64,000 bases of DNA from a virus (lineage: Duplodnaviria; Caudoviricetes), in the IMG/VR virus record IMGVR_UViG_3300029288_000076, positions 122,387-186,386 of that record; one strand, written 5' to 3'. This document shows, piece by piece, positions 9,683 through 19,806 of the stretch; the first letter of the stretch is position 1; each line of letters starts with the position of its first letter. A program made the translations under genes and the position numbers. Below the pieces are notes generated by a model that saw only the letters and a list, made by a program, of their open reading frames with translations, had not been told where the DNA came from and made no database searches.

Positions 9683-10732
9683 TTACAAAAACTTGTTTAA
9701 AACTTCCATTATTCTTTCTACAGCATGACCGTCCCATAATTTATTAATTTTATAATATAAAATGTTCAAATTTAAGAATTTATTAACTAAATCATTTATG
9801 GTTTTTTGATCTTCAGTTACAAAATTATTCCCATGCAAAGTAGTAACTTTATGCGGTGTATGATAATTATATGTAATACAAGGTTTATGTAAAATATAAG
9901 ATTCACATTGAACTCCACCACTATCTGTAATAACAAAAGAAGCATTACATAATTTATTAATGAATTCTGAATAACTCATTGGCTCAACTAACTCTATGTT
10001 TTTTGATAAATATCGTTTATCAAACATAAAGACTTCTTTTATTCTAGGGTGAGCAGATAGTATAACAGGAATCTTATCTGCTACATTATTTAAGATTTCC
10101 AAAATACTTCTAAAACCATTATCAACATTTTCTACACGGTGAAAAGTAGCTAAACAATACTGCTTGCTATTAAAATCAATCCACTTTGTATGGTGTAATC
10201 TTATTGAATCAGCTAAAACGTTACCTACAAGATGTCCATTTGCTAAGGTCTCACTCTTCAAATTTATCATTCCAGATTCTTCAGTTACAAAATTATATGT
10301 TGACATATGATCAATAAGTTTTCTGTTTATCTCTTCTGGAAAGTCAAATCTTCCAACTCTTAAGCCTGCTTCTACGTGAGCGATGGGAAAGTCTTTTTTC
10401 TGAGCAAACAAAGTTCCAGCCAAAGAAGAATTCATATCACCAAATACTACAAACAAATCAGTAAAGCTTTCTAGAGAAAGGTTTTCAAAATATAACTTTT
10501 CTAGTTCAATAAGAATTGAACCTGTTTGGTGAGCATGACCTTTTCCTGAACGCTCTAATCTATAATCAGGTTGGAAACCAAATTCATCAAAGAATACTTG
10601 GCTCATAGAATTTGAATAGTGTTGTTCTGTAAAGATAATTTTATAGTTAGTAAAATTAATCTTTTTAAAATACTCTATAAACGGATAGAGTTTTACAATA
10701 TTAGGTCTACCACCAATACAAAAAACAATCAT
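9683..10732 (-). CDS. UDP-N-acetylglucosamine 2-epimerase family (WecB/WbpI-like)
   Basis: GGRPN, QHY, GDMNS, HVEAGLR, PEEINR, HRVEN, TDSGGVQ. Confidence 0.92.
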   Translation of the reverse strand: MIVFCIGGRPNIVKLYPFIEYFKKINFTNYKIIFTEQHYSNSMSQVFFDEFGFQPDYRLERSGKGHAHQTGSILIELEKLYFENLSLESFTDLFVVFGDMNSSLAGTLFAQKKDFPIAHVEAGLRVGRFDFPEEINRKLIDHMSTYNFVTEESGMINLKSETLANGHLVGNVLADSIRLHHTKWIDFNSKQYCLATFHRVENVDNGFRSILEILNNVADKIPVILSAHPRIKEVFMFDKRYLSKNIELVEPMSYSEFINKLCNASFVITDSGGVQCESYILHKPCITYNYHTPHKVTTLHGNNFVTEDQKTINDLVNKFLNLNILYYKINKLWDGHAVERIMEVLNKFL

Positions 10733-11068
10733 TTATACTCCTATCCAATCTAATTGCCATAAATAATCATCACCAACTATATCAAAAGGCTTTTGTATAC
10801 ACACATCATAAACTTTTCCACAAATACAAGTCCCAGTAAGGATATAACAAATCCCTACTTTGCCTACATGAACTTCTACGTCTTGATTAAAGTTAATATA
10901 CTCATTTAATAGTCTACCACAATTTGTACAGCATGAATAAGAAGAACCAACCTTCTTTTGTATAATTTCTATAGATCTAATAGGATTATATACAGGTAGC
11001 TTAGAAAATCTTAATCCCCAGGTAGGAACGGGTGGGTTATGAACAATAAGATTTTTAATATTTGTCAC
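10733..11068 (-). CDS. Hypothetical Zn-binding protein
   Basis: CTNCG...CICG. Confidence 0.5.
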   Translation of the reverse strand: MTNIKNLIVHNPPVPTWGLRFSKLPVYNPIRSIEIIQKKVGSSYSCCTNCGRLLNEYINFNQDVEVHVGKVGICYILTGTCICGKVYDVCIQKPFDIVGDDYLWQLDWIGV

Positions 11069-11376
11069 TCCATCTTCTCCTTCAGCTTCTCAACAAAAAC
11101 ATAAACATCTTTTATAAAATCAGCATGGTCTTCTAAGCTTTTATTTTTCTTTCTTCCAAATTCATTATACTCTTCAATAAAACCTTCACACAACTTTAAA
11201 ATACTTATAGCTTTATTTAAATGAAAATATTGAGCAGAAACTTTTTTAAGTTTTTCTTTCTCTTCATCAGCATAATCATTCAAACCTCTCGCTTGAGGAG
11301 GCATCATTGTTATAAGTTCTTCTTGATGTTTTGCTTCTTTAGAAAATTCTTCAAGATAAGCTATTGTTTTGTTCAT
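11065..11376 (-). CDS. Hypothetical protein
   Basis: Overlapping start/stop coupling on both sides. Confidence 0.5.
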   Translation of the reverse strand: MNKTIAYLEEFSKEAKHQEELITMMPPQARGLNDYADEEKEKLKKVSAQYFHLNKAISILKLCEGFIEEYNEFGRKKNKSLEDHADFIKDVYVFVEKLKEKME

Positions 11377-12149
11377 CTAAATCTTCCTTTAAAATAATAA
11401 CGAAGTTTGCAAACAAGATTACAATGATCCATGTTTTGACACATCACTAAACTTGGTTCATGCCAAAGATGAGCGCCATAAATATTATCTGGATAGATTG
11501 CTTTAATCCCATAGTTTGCCATATTATAATGAAGCATAATGTCACACCAAGGACGTTTAATATCATCTAACAACTCCATATCCTTCTTTCTAATGGCACC
11601 AAGAAAAAAGTAATTTTGAATCGCTACTTTTCCAGATCTTATAGTTGGGGGATTAATTTGCCAATCTTCATTAACTAATTTTAGCCATCCATAAAAATTA
11701 TTTACATTGTTAGCTTTTTCAGTTAATTCTTTATTCACATTTGCTACAGTACAAAAAGAAGCTTGGTCAGGCAAACAATTATCAACCAAAGTTTGTAGAA
11801 TATTATCGCTCATATAAACAACATCAGCAGACTGCATCACTATAATATCAGTATCTTCAGGAACAAAATCAACTATAAAGCTCATCATTGTATCAAAACT
11901 ATAATGTTGATCAAGTCTTTTATATTTCACATTATGAAAATAGCTTTTAATAATTGACTCAGGATCTATAGTAGAATTATCATCTACTATACAAAGCTGG
12001 TATTCAAAATCAGTTTTCTGCTTTGTTAAAGAATAGAGTACATATGGGAGCAACTTCTCTTTATTGTAAGTTGGCATATAAATTGAAACTTTCATTATTC
12101 TAAACCATTTATTTATTTTTGTTCTAAACAAGCTCCACAATGAGGACAA
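11373..12149 (-). CDS. GT2-like (GT-A) glycosyltransferase, paralogue 1 of 6
   Basis: PTYNK, CIVDDNS, QSADV, WCD, HLWH, C-x5-C-x3-C. Confidence 0.8.
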   Translation of the reverse strand: MSSLWSLFRTKINKWFRIMKVSIYMPTYNKEKLLPYVLYSLTKQKTDFEYQLCIVDDNSTIDPESIIKSYFHNVKYKRLDQHYSFDTMMSFIVDFVPEDTDIIVMQSADVVYMSDNILQTLVDNCLPDQASFCTVANVNKELTEKANNVNNFYGWLKLVNEDWQINPPTIRSGKVAIQNYFFLGAIRKKDMELLDDIKRPWCDIMLHYNMANYGIKAIYPDNIYGAHLWHEPSLVMCQNMDHCNLVCKLRYYFKGRFR

Positions 12150-12640
12150 GTATAATATGGTTCATACTTATATCTATAAGCCATTCTGGAAGATAAGCTT
12201 TTAGCCATAAACATTGTCCAGTCTAATTTTTCTTTATGTAGATATTTGTTCCTCTTTATTATTTCCCAAGAATCATTGTAATAAGGATTACAATCTTTTT
12301 TAAGTTTATATGCTCCAGCATAATCAGGAATATCTTCTTTATTGATATTAACATTAGGAGAAAATATATAACAAAAATAATTTGGAACTAATGCAGAAGA
12401 AATTTCTTTAAACCAATTTTTATCTTGTGATACCAACTTATATACTTGATGTTTAGAGATTTTTTTAAAATCATTTTTGAAATCAGCTAAACTTGTTTTA
12501 ATTTCATATTCATATGCAAATCCAGACCAAGTAACTAATAGAATATCTGCTTCACCGCTAGGTAGCCAAATATTAGGAGCAATTAAGCCAATATTAGCTT
12601 TCCATCTCATTATTGCTTTTTTCATTTCCCATTCATTCAT
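12113..12640 (-). CDS. MmcB-like PD-(D/E)xK nuclease
   Basis: EADIL...EYEIKTSLADFKNDFKK. Confidence 0.65.
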   Translation of the reverse strand: MNEWEMKKAIMRWKANIGLIAPNIWLPSGEADILLVTWSGFAYEYEIKTSLADFKNDFKKISKHQVYKLVSQDKNWFKEISSALVPNYFCYIFSPNVNINKEDIPDYAGAYKLKKDCNPYYNDSWEIIKRNKYLHKEKLDWTMFMAKSLSSRMAYRYKYEPYYTCPHCGACLEQK

Positions 12641-13008
12641 TTAATTTTTTCTCGTCCAAATCTTTTAGATTCATTTTCTATAGCTTGCAAAATAACTTCT
12701 TCTTGATGTCTTATAGACGTTAATTGCCGCTCGTAGCTTTTTCTTACATTTAAGCAATCAATACAATAATAAGGAGCTCTATAGTCGCCACCCCAAGTAT
12801 CAGCCTCTAATTCCCATTCCCCTCCAAAACAATTGCCACAAACTTCTCTTTTACAACCATCAAAATTTGCTCCCCATCCACCAGCTTGACCACACTCCCA
12901 TAAGTTTTTAGCTTCTTCTCCGCATCTATCGCAATAATATTTTGTTATTAATTCCTCATGTTCTAGAATTAATTCGTCCGGAACTATTTTAGAAATTACC
13001 TTCTTCAT
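12637..13008 (-). CDS. Cys-rich hypothetical protein
   Basis: CDRC, CGNC, CIDC. Confidence 0.5.
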   Translation of the reverse strand: MKKVISKIVPDELILEHEELITKYYCDRCGEEAKNLWECGQAGGWGANFDGCKREVCGNCFGGEWELEADTWGGDYRAPYYCIDCLNVRKSYERQLTSIRHQEEVILQAIENESKRFGREKIK

Positions 13009-13802
13009 TTTACTTTCCTCAATATCTTTGAGTCAGAAACCCAAGTATTCCAAACAGGGTTTTCTTCTTTTAAATAAATTCCATCTTCTTTCCATGATTT
13101 AACATATTTAACCAATAATATAAAATGTCTTTTATTATTATTCTGTTTAGTATATTCAACTCTCCAAACTGCTCCTTCACATTCTTCCAAAGCTCCTTCT
13201 CTACCTTCTTTAGGATAAAAATTAAATTCTTCAACAGAATAACCTGTTTCACCTCTATAAAGTAAATAAGGAATGTTAAATCTACTATTACCAAGAGCAT
13301 GATTCTTGTTAATAATTTCTTCAAAAGTTATTCTTTCATTTTCAGAATTAAAATAATCAAAAATGAAAAATGGTTCTTTCTTAAAATTGTATTTTGTTCC
13401 ATGAGCTTGAATACACCACTCACCTATTACTCTATCGCCAGGGTTAAGCAATTCTAGAAATCTATCTTTCTGTTCAAAAACCCATTCATGAAATATCTGG
13501 TGCATCTTAAAAGGTGATGTATTTGCTACATATCCAGCTCTAGTTAATGGTACAACAGTATCTTCATATCTAAGAATGCCTACGTTTGAACCATCAATTT
13601 TTTCAGTAACTAAAACTATACGCTTTGGTAATTTATCATTCTCAATAGCCATCTTCTCATGACCTGGAGAAGCTTTACTGTCAGATGGACCAAGTCTTGA
13701 TCCGCTAAGATGTGGAATTGATCCATAATTCTTAATACCAAGTGGTTTTCTTTCAAATATGTTCATTTTTCTATATAGCCTTTTCCTTTGCATCTCAAAC
13801 AT
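13005..13802 (-). CDS. ATP-dependent RNA ligase (Rnl2-like nucleotidyltransferase domain)
   Basis: TEKIDGSN (motif I), GEW, FD, EGAVWR, VKYV. Confidence 0.8.
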   Translation of the reverse strand: MFEMQRKRLYRKMNIFERKPLGIKNYGSIPHLSGSRLGPSDSKASPGHEKMAIENDKLPKRIVLVTEKIDGSNVGILRYEDTVVPLTRAGYVANTSPFKMHQIFHEWVFEQKDRFLELLNPGDRVIGEWCIQAHGTKYNFKKEPFFIFDYFNSENERITFEEIINKNHALGNSRFNIPYLLYRGETGYSVEEFNFYPKEGREGALEECEGAVWRVEYTKQNNNKRHFILLVKYVKSWKEDGIYLKEENPVWNTWVSDSKILRKVK

Positions 13803-13917
13803 TGTTTGTTATTATATATTGGACATATTAGACCAAATGGCATTGGAACATATACTATATCTTCTATAGACTTTTTCCCATTACAAGTAAAGCAGACTTT
13901 TTTAGATTTTTCTTTAA

Positions 13918-14679
13918 TCACTTCCAATTTTGTTTCCATATATCTAATTTCCTTACACAGTGAGATTTACAATTTTTCAAAACATTACAACCATAAGGAA
14001 TTTTCAAATGTCTTTGATGAATACCTTTTAAATCTGACATCAAATTAACTTCGTAATTCAACTCTTTCATTTTTTCTTTTATTATCACATCACAAGCATT
14101 CATTGTAAAGCCAAGCTCAATAAAATCGTGTATTGTCATAGCACCAAGAAAGAAATAAGGATCTTGTCCAGACCTCCCAGAATAAACTGTTTTTTGCTTA
14201 TTAAACACCACATTACCAAATAATATATCGATTTCAGTATCAAATTGTTCCCAGTTATCTAAAATATCTTTTGTATTATTATCAAAGTCTGTATAAAAAT
14301 CATCTTCAATAGGAATATCAACAACTTCAGCAATAGAAGGCTTTGAATCAAACGTATTATAAGCAAGATCAGAAACTATATTATCAGTTACATAAATAAC
14401 ATCACAAGCAGATAGAATTATAATATCAATATCATCAGAAGCTAATCCAAAACATTTACCATGTGAAAACTGAGTTCCAACTCTTTTATCAAGTCTCTTA
14501 TATTTTACGGGAAAATTAGTTATAAGCTCATCAATAATAGGTTTAGGATCAATATCAGAATAATCATCTATAATACATATTTCAATAGGAAAATCAACTT
14601 TCTGTCTGCTGATAGAATATAGAGTATTTGCAAATTGATTATTTTTATTGTACGTAGCTAAAAAAATTGCTGCTTTCAC
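13918..14679 (-). CDS. GT2-like glycosyltransferase, paralogue 2
   Basis: ATYNK, CIIDDYS, SACDV, ACD, HQRH, C-x5-C-x3-C. Confidence 0.8.
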   Translation of the reverse strand: MKAAIFLATYNKNNQFANTLYSISRQKVDFPIEICIIDDYSDIDPKPIIDELITNFPVKYKRLDKRVGTQFSHGKCFGLASDDIDIIILSACDVIYVTDNIVSDLAYNTFDSKPSIAEVVDIPIEDDFYTDFDNNTKDILDNWEQFDTEIDILFGNVVFNKQKTVYSGRSGQDPYFFLGAMTIHDFIELGFTMNACDVIIKEKMKELNYEVNLMSDLKGIHQRHLKIPYGCNVLKNCKSHCVRKLDIWKQNWK

Positions 14680-14867
14680 TTTATATATGTTTTACCTAAC
14701 AAATAACCAACACCATTACAAAGCGGACATGGCACTGGCCAACCATGACCACCTGGTTGAAATCTTCCTAGTCCAAAGCACATATGGCATGATTCTTTAT
14801 TAATAATCTCAATTTCTACAGTAGTAAACTCTGTCTTTTTTATCTTATTATTTTCAAATTCCATCAT
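14676..14867 (-). CDS. Small DnaJ-type Zn-finger protein
   Basis: CHMCFGLG...CPLCNGVG. Confidence 0.55.
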   Translation of the reverse strand: MMEFENNKIKKTEFTTVEIEIINKESCHMCFGLGRFQPGGHGWPVPCPLCNGVGYLLGKTYIK

Positions 14868-14938
14868 AGTACCTCACAGAAAAAGAAGAACAGCATGGCA
14901 AAATCAACTTCTACCTATTATCTTATTTAAATCTTTCT

Positions 14939-15712
14939 TCATTTCAACTTCCTAATACAATGATAACTACAAGACTCAATATCTGGACAATCATAAACTT
15001 TTTTAAGATGGCGCTGATGAATAGCTTTTACCTCTGGAACTAAAATTGCCTGAAGCCCTTGCTCTTTCATTTTGTGTTTAACAACTGCATCACAACTATT
15101 TTCTATAAATCCTATATCTATTAAATCTTTTTTCTTTATAGCTCCACAAAACAAAAGCCAACTTGTCCAATTTTTGCCAGTATAAATAGTCCATTGCCTT
15201 TCATATACTCTTTTGTCTATAGGAAGCTCAAGTTGATGAATATGACTTTCCCAATCATCTAAAATCCATTTAACATTCTCATCATAACTTTTATAAAAAT
15301 CTTCATCTATAGGTATGTCAACTACTTCAGCTAATGTAAATTTTTTATCTTCAACTTTCTCAACAAGCTTTTGCAAATCATCTGATCTAGTTAAAATTAT
15401 ATCAGCTCCAATCAGAACAATAATATCTGACTCTTCAGCTATCAAATCCATTCCAATACCTTGAGTTTTATTAAATGCTGAATGCTTATCAAGTCTTTTA
15501 TATTTATAAGTAACTTCTTCATTAATACAAAACTCTTTAATAATTTTATAAGGATCAGTATCAGAATGATCGTCAACAAAACAAACTTCATACTCAAAAT
15601 CAGTTTCTTGCTTACCCAAGCCAAACAAATAGTTTCTTAGTTGGTCTTCTTTATTCCATATTGCAGTTAAAATAGAAACTTTCAAGATTTTTTCTCCATC
15701 TCTTCCTTCCAA
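14939..15712 (-). CDS. GT2-like glycosyltransferase, paralogue 3
   Basis: AIWNK, CFVDDHS, GADI, SCD, HQRH, C-x5-C-x3-C. Confidence 0.8.
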   Translation of the reverse strand: MEGRDGEKILKVSILTAIWNKEDQLRNYLFGLGKQETDFEYEVCFVDDHSDTDPYKIIKEFCINEEVTYKYKRLDKHSAFNKTQGIGMDLIAEESDIIVLIGADIILTRSDDLQKLVEKVEDKKFTLAEVVDIPIDEDFYKSYDENVKWILDDWESHIHQLELPIDKRVYERQWTIYTGKNWTSWLLFCGAIKKKDLIDIGFIENSCDAVVKHKMKEQGLQAILVPEVKAIHQRHLKKVYDCPDIESCSYHCIRKLK

Positions 15713-16701
15713 ATATCTAAAAGCTTAAAAACAATTATCGCTATTTTTCTATTATCTTCAATCCATTTTTTGCCATATTTCTTACTTGCATCAGAAAAAA
15801 GTTTAAGATACTCTTCAGGTATTTCTATTTTAGAAATTGGTTTTTCTTCAACGATCGGTTTCTTTACTTCTATTATAGGTACTGTTCTCCAAAAAGACTT
15901 TTTTGGTTTATTAGGGTCTATTTTTTCCAAGTGCTTCAGCCAAAATTCATCTTTCCGTATACAGTGATAAGGACAAGTATCAATAATCTTACATTCATAC
16001 ATTGTTTTAGGATGCCTTTGATGAATAACCTTACAGTCATTTAATAGTATAGCTTTGAAATTTTTTTCTTTCATCAATTGATGCAGCGTAGCATCGCAAG
16101 CGTTATGCTCAATTCTTATGCTTCTAAGATCATCAGCTAAAATACCTCCGCAGAAAAATAACCACGAGTGATAAGGAGCGCCAGTATAAAATGTAGAACT
16201 GTTTTTACATAGCAATCCATTTGTTAACACAACATCAACATATACTTTATAATTATCCCAATTATTTATATATTTTTCTATATTAGAATCAAAATTTAAA
16301 TACATATTATCATCAATAGGAATATCAATAACTTCTGTCATCGTTATTTGTTTAGAATCAGTATTGTCTACTATTCTTTGCAAAATATGATCTTCAGTAT
16401 AAATAACATCAGATGATTGTAAAACAACAATATCTGTATTTTTATCCATCACATCAAAACAATGCCCATGAGAAAGCGTCACACCTTCATTTTTTGGTAA
16501 TCTTTTATATCTTGCGTGAGGAAAGAATTTTCTTATTATTGGCTCTGGATTAACATTAGAGTGATCATCAATAATACAAACATCAAAATCAAAATTCGTT
16601 TTTTGCCTGGCAAGAGAATATAGAGCATTTGGAAGTTGATTATTCTTATTCCAAGTAGCCATAAACACAGATACTTTAGATTTCATCTTTCTCCTTTTCA
16701 A
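15682..16701 (-). CDS. GT2-like glycosyltransferase, paralogue 4 (C-terminal extension)
   Basis: ATWNK, CIIDDHS, QSSDV, ACD, HQRH, C-x5-C-x3-C. Confidence 0.8.
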   Translation of the reverse strand: MKRRKMKSKVSVFMATWNKNNQLPNALYSLARQKTNFDFDVCIIDDHSNVNPEPIIRKFFPHARYKRLPKNEGVTLSHGHCFDVMDKNTDIVVLQSSDVIYTEDHILQRIVDNTDSKQITMTEVIDIPIDDNMYLNFDSNIEKYINNWDNYKVYVDVVLTNGLLCKNSSTFYTGAPYHSWLFFCGGILADDLRSIRIEHNACDATLHQLMKEKNFKAILLNDCKVIHQRHPKTMYECKIIDTCPYHCIRKDEFWLKHLEKIDPNKPKKSFWRTVPIIEVKKPIVEEKPISKIEIPEEYLKLFSDASKKYGKKWIEDNRKIAIIVFKLLDIWKEEMEKKS

Positions 16702-17491
16702 AATGTCTCTTTAATTTACAATCAACTTCACAAGTCTCTAATTGAGAGCATTTAATCCAAGTATCAGAATGTGGTTGATGGATAGCAATAGGAGTATCTA
16801 TAAATAATGGATTAAATCCTTGTTCTACTAAAGCTAAATGAAATAAAACATCGCACATAGGTTTTCCTATTAAAACTTTTTCAAGATCTGTTCTCATTAT
16901 AGCCATTAAAAAAGGATACATTGGTCTTTCTTGATTAGATCTAATTACTGGTTTTTCTTCTTCTAAAACATCATAAAAATGATTAACATAAAAATTAAAA
17001 AGTTGTTCATAATCATCATTAATAAAATTTAGTAAAGTATTGGCATTATATGTATTTACTAAAACAGGTTGTCCTTTATTAACATAAGTACTCATCATAT
17101 CTAAAAGAGTATCACTTGACCATATAGTATCTGCTGATTGAATAATAACTATTTCACTATCAACAGAAATAAGACTGAACATACTGTTCCAATAAATTAC
17201 ATCAAATCCTTGTTTTTCTGTGTATCTATAATATTTAACATCTGGAACATATTTCCTTATTATAGACTCTGGATCTATATCTGAACAATCATCAGCAACA
17301 CAAATTTCATAATCAACATCACTTAATTGTCTAGTTATAGAATAAAGTGTTCCTGGTAAAACTGCTTGTTTGTTATAAGTACAAAAGAATATTGACGCTT
17401 TCTTTATAGGAACCTTTCTTTTTTCAAAATCATTTACTTCTATAATTTTATATGGTAAAAGTTCTTTTTTATTGTAGTATGATAAATACAT
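16676..17491 (-). CDS. GT2-like glycosyltransferase, paralogue 5
   Basis: CTYNK, CVADDCS, QSADT, MCD, HQPH, C-x5-C-x3-C. Confidence 0.8.
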   Translation of the reverse strand: MYLSYYNKKELLPYKIIEVNDFEKRKVPIKKASIFFCTYNKQAVLPGTLYSITRQLSDVDYEICVADDCSDIDPESIIRKYVPDVKYYRYTEKQGFDVIYWNSMFSLISVDSEIVIIQSADTIWSSDTLLDMMSTYVNKGQPVLVNTYNANTLLNFINDDYEQLFNFYVNHFYDVLEEEKPVIRSNQERPMYPFLMAIMRTDLEKVLIGKPMCDVLFHLALVEQGFNPLFIDTPIAIHQPHSDTWIKCSQLETCEVDCKLKRHFEKEKDEI

Positions 17492-17493
17492 TT

Positions 17494-18288
17494 TTAATTA
17501 ATCCATTTTTCTTGTTTTTTGACGCAGTCAAATTTGCACTTTTCAACCTCAGAACATATATGTATTCCTTTATTGTGACGCTGGTGAATAGCTTTAACTC
17601 CTGGATAAACAGCGTCCCACCCTTCAGTAACTCTAACTTTTCTAGTCTTTTGATCTAAAATAGCATCACACCAATGATTTTGGACTCCTGTAAAAAGCAA
17701 ATCTTTCTTCATTATTGCTCCAAGATAAAAAAGCCAGCTGTCTCTTTCTTTACCAGAAAAAAGATTCCAGCAACCAGAAATAACCTTACTATTATATTCA
17801 CTCTTCAAAGTTACAGACCAATAATAATTTTTGTAGTCATTCCAATGACAAATAATATCATTAAGATTAATTTCAAATTCTTTCCAAAAATCTGGGAAAA
17901 TTGGTGTATTTATAACGTCTGCAAAAGAGAACTTTTTATTATCTACTCCTTCACAAAGAATGTTGATTGTATTTTCATCTGCCCATATAACATCTGAACA
18001 AGTCAAGATTACAACATTAGACTTAATAGATGATAATCTAAAAGCAGCAGGAACAGCTTGAAAAACACCTAGTTTCTCTTCTGATCTTCCAAATTTATAT
18101 TCAAAATTAGTTAAAAACTTCTTAACAATAGGTTCAGCGCTTTCGTCTGAACAATCATCCCAAATACAAAACTCAACGGGAATATCTGTCTTTTGTCTGT
18201 TCATAGAATATAGTGTATTTTCTAGAGCCCATAATCTATTATGGACCGCAAAAACAACGCTTACTTTTTCAATATTTTTTGTATTCAT
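17494..18288 (-). CDS. GT2-like glycosyltransferase, paralogue 6
   Basis: AVHNR, CIWDDCS, CSDV, WCD, HQRH, C-x5-C-x3-C. Confidence 0.8.
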   Translation of the reverse strand: MNTKNIEKVSVVFAVHNRLWALENTLYSMNRQKTDIPVEFCIWDDCSDESAEPIVKKFLTNFEYKFGRSEEKLGVFQAVPAAFRLSSIKSNVVILTCSDVIWADENTINILCEGVDNKKFSFADVINTPIFPDFWKEFEINLNDIICHWNDYKNYYWSVTLKSEYNSKVISGCWNLFSGKERDSWLFYLGAIMKKDLLFTGVQNHWCDAILDQKTRKVRVTEGWDAVYPGVKAIHQRHNKGIHICSEVEKCKFDCVKKQEKWIN

Positions 18289-19229
18289 TAAATTTTAACC
18301 ATCCTATATACTCCGCCAGAGCCACAAAGCTTTCTTTCATCTTTGTATTGACACCACGGAAAACCTTGGTCATCAAAAGTTACTGCTTCTAAAAAATCTG
18401 TATGCTCTTTTTCAAGTAAGTTATATTTATCAGAAATATATTTAGAATCAAAAAAATCTTTTAGATCTAATTTGCTTGGATATCCACCTATAAAATCTAT
18501 TTTAGCTATAGACAATTTGATAAAATCTTCAGGCTTATAAGCAATTGAAACGGGACAATCCTCCCCATCTGTAGATTTTGAAAATACATAATCAGTATTA
18601 TCTAATGCACTATACTTATCAGAATTTGGATAACCGCTTTCTTTACTAGAAAGAATCCTTAAAACAAAAGCCACATAAAAATGAAAGAAAATACTGTCTC
18701 TATTATACACCATTAAATTAGCATGACAATCTTCTTTTAAATAATCATATAAATAGTTAAGTATTTCTACTGGTTTATTTACATGGTGCAAAACTCCCCC
18801 GCAGTGAACATGATCAAATTCTCCAGAAAAGTCACCAATATTAGAATTTTGATTTGTATTAAGAATTAATGCTACTTTATCTTCATAGCCATATAACTTT
18901 ACTCTTTCATTAGTAATATCTAAAGCTTTTTTAGAAACATCACAACCAACTACAAAGTCAGCGCCAGCTTTTAAGAATTCAATTACGTCATGTCCTGGAC
19001 CGCAACCATAATCAAGAATTTTCTTCCCTGCATAATCTACATTCTCAAGTTCTAGCATTTTCATAGCCATTGGATATTGAGCACTTCTCCAAGCTAAATA
19101 ATCATCCGATTCCTTTATTGACGTAAAATACTTATCATAAATAAGATGCTTATTCCAGTATTCATCAACTTGGGTCATGTGTAACCTCCAAAACCAAAAT
19201 CTCTCTTCCCGGAACAGTAAACCTATCAA
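18288..19229 (-). CDS. Class I SAM-dependent methyltransferase (start probably MTQVDEYW)
   Basis: ILDYGCGPG, GCDVS, FDHVHCGGVLHH. Confidence 0.88.
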   Translation of the reverse strand: MIGLLFREERFWFWRLHMTQVDEYWNKHLIYDKYFTSIKESDDYLAWRSAQYPMAMKMLELENVDYAGKKILDYGCGPGHDVIEFLKAGADFVVGCDVSKKALDITNERVKLYGYEDKVALILNTNQNSNIGDFSGEFDHVHCGGVLHHVNKPVEILNYLYDYLKEDCHANLMVYNRDSIFFHFYVAFVLRILSSKESGYPNSDKYSALDNTDYVFSKSTDGEDCPVSIAYKPEDFIKLSIAKIDFIGGYPSKLDLKDFFDSKYISDKYNLLEKEHTDFLEAVTFDDQGFPWCQYKDERKLCGSGGVYRMVKI

Positions 19230-19806
19230 TCTCTACCATACCAAGTCTCAAGAGCATTTTTGTCATTTTAATATTTCTTATATCCATTGATCCCCAAGTA
19301 GCAAAATAGCCTAACTTTTTATGTTCATCAATAACCATTTGAATACAAGTTTTTACCATTTCTCTTCCTTCTGGGGTCCCTTGATATTCAGGAATCATGG
19401 TTATAAAACCAAGATGAGCTCTAGGATCTCTAGCTTTCCTAGTTTTCTTATCCATAGTGTTAAAAAATAATTGCATTAAGGCATTGAGAACATAACGCAA
19501 ATGAAATACCCCGGCAAGCATGCGCTTTATCCAGATCCATGGTATTCTAAATCTATATTTTCTATTAAAACATTCATAGAGCAAAGCTTTATTAAAATAG
19601 CCAACAGCATAGCAAATTATCTTACCATGCTTTTCTGCATAAAAACCAAAAGCTAATCCTGAAGAAACAAGATAGTTATAAAATAAAGTAAGATATTCTT
19701 CGCCCAAAAGTTTAGTAAATTCATAATCATAGAATGTATCTAAATGAATTTGAACTAATTTTCTAGCAAACAAATAACTATTAAAGAATGGTCTGTAAAA
19801 AATCAC
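19165..19806 (-). CDS. GNAT-family acetyltransferase
   Basis: ITMIPEYQGTPEG motif A-like, N....LL.RLGM motif B-like. Confidence 0.6.
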   Translation of the reverse strand: MIFYRPFFNSYLFARKLVQIHLDTFYDYEFTKLLGEEYLTLFYNYLVSSGLAFGFYAEKHGKIICYAVGYFNKALLYECFNRKYRFRIPWIWIKRMLAGVFHLRYVLNALMQLFFNTMDKKTRKARDPRAHLGFITMIPEYQGTPEGREMVKTCIQMVIDEHKKLGYFATWGSMDIRNIKMTKMLLRLGMVEIDRFTVPGREILVLEVTHDPS

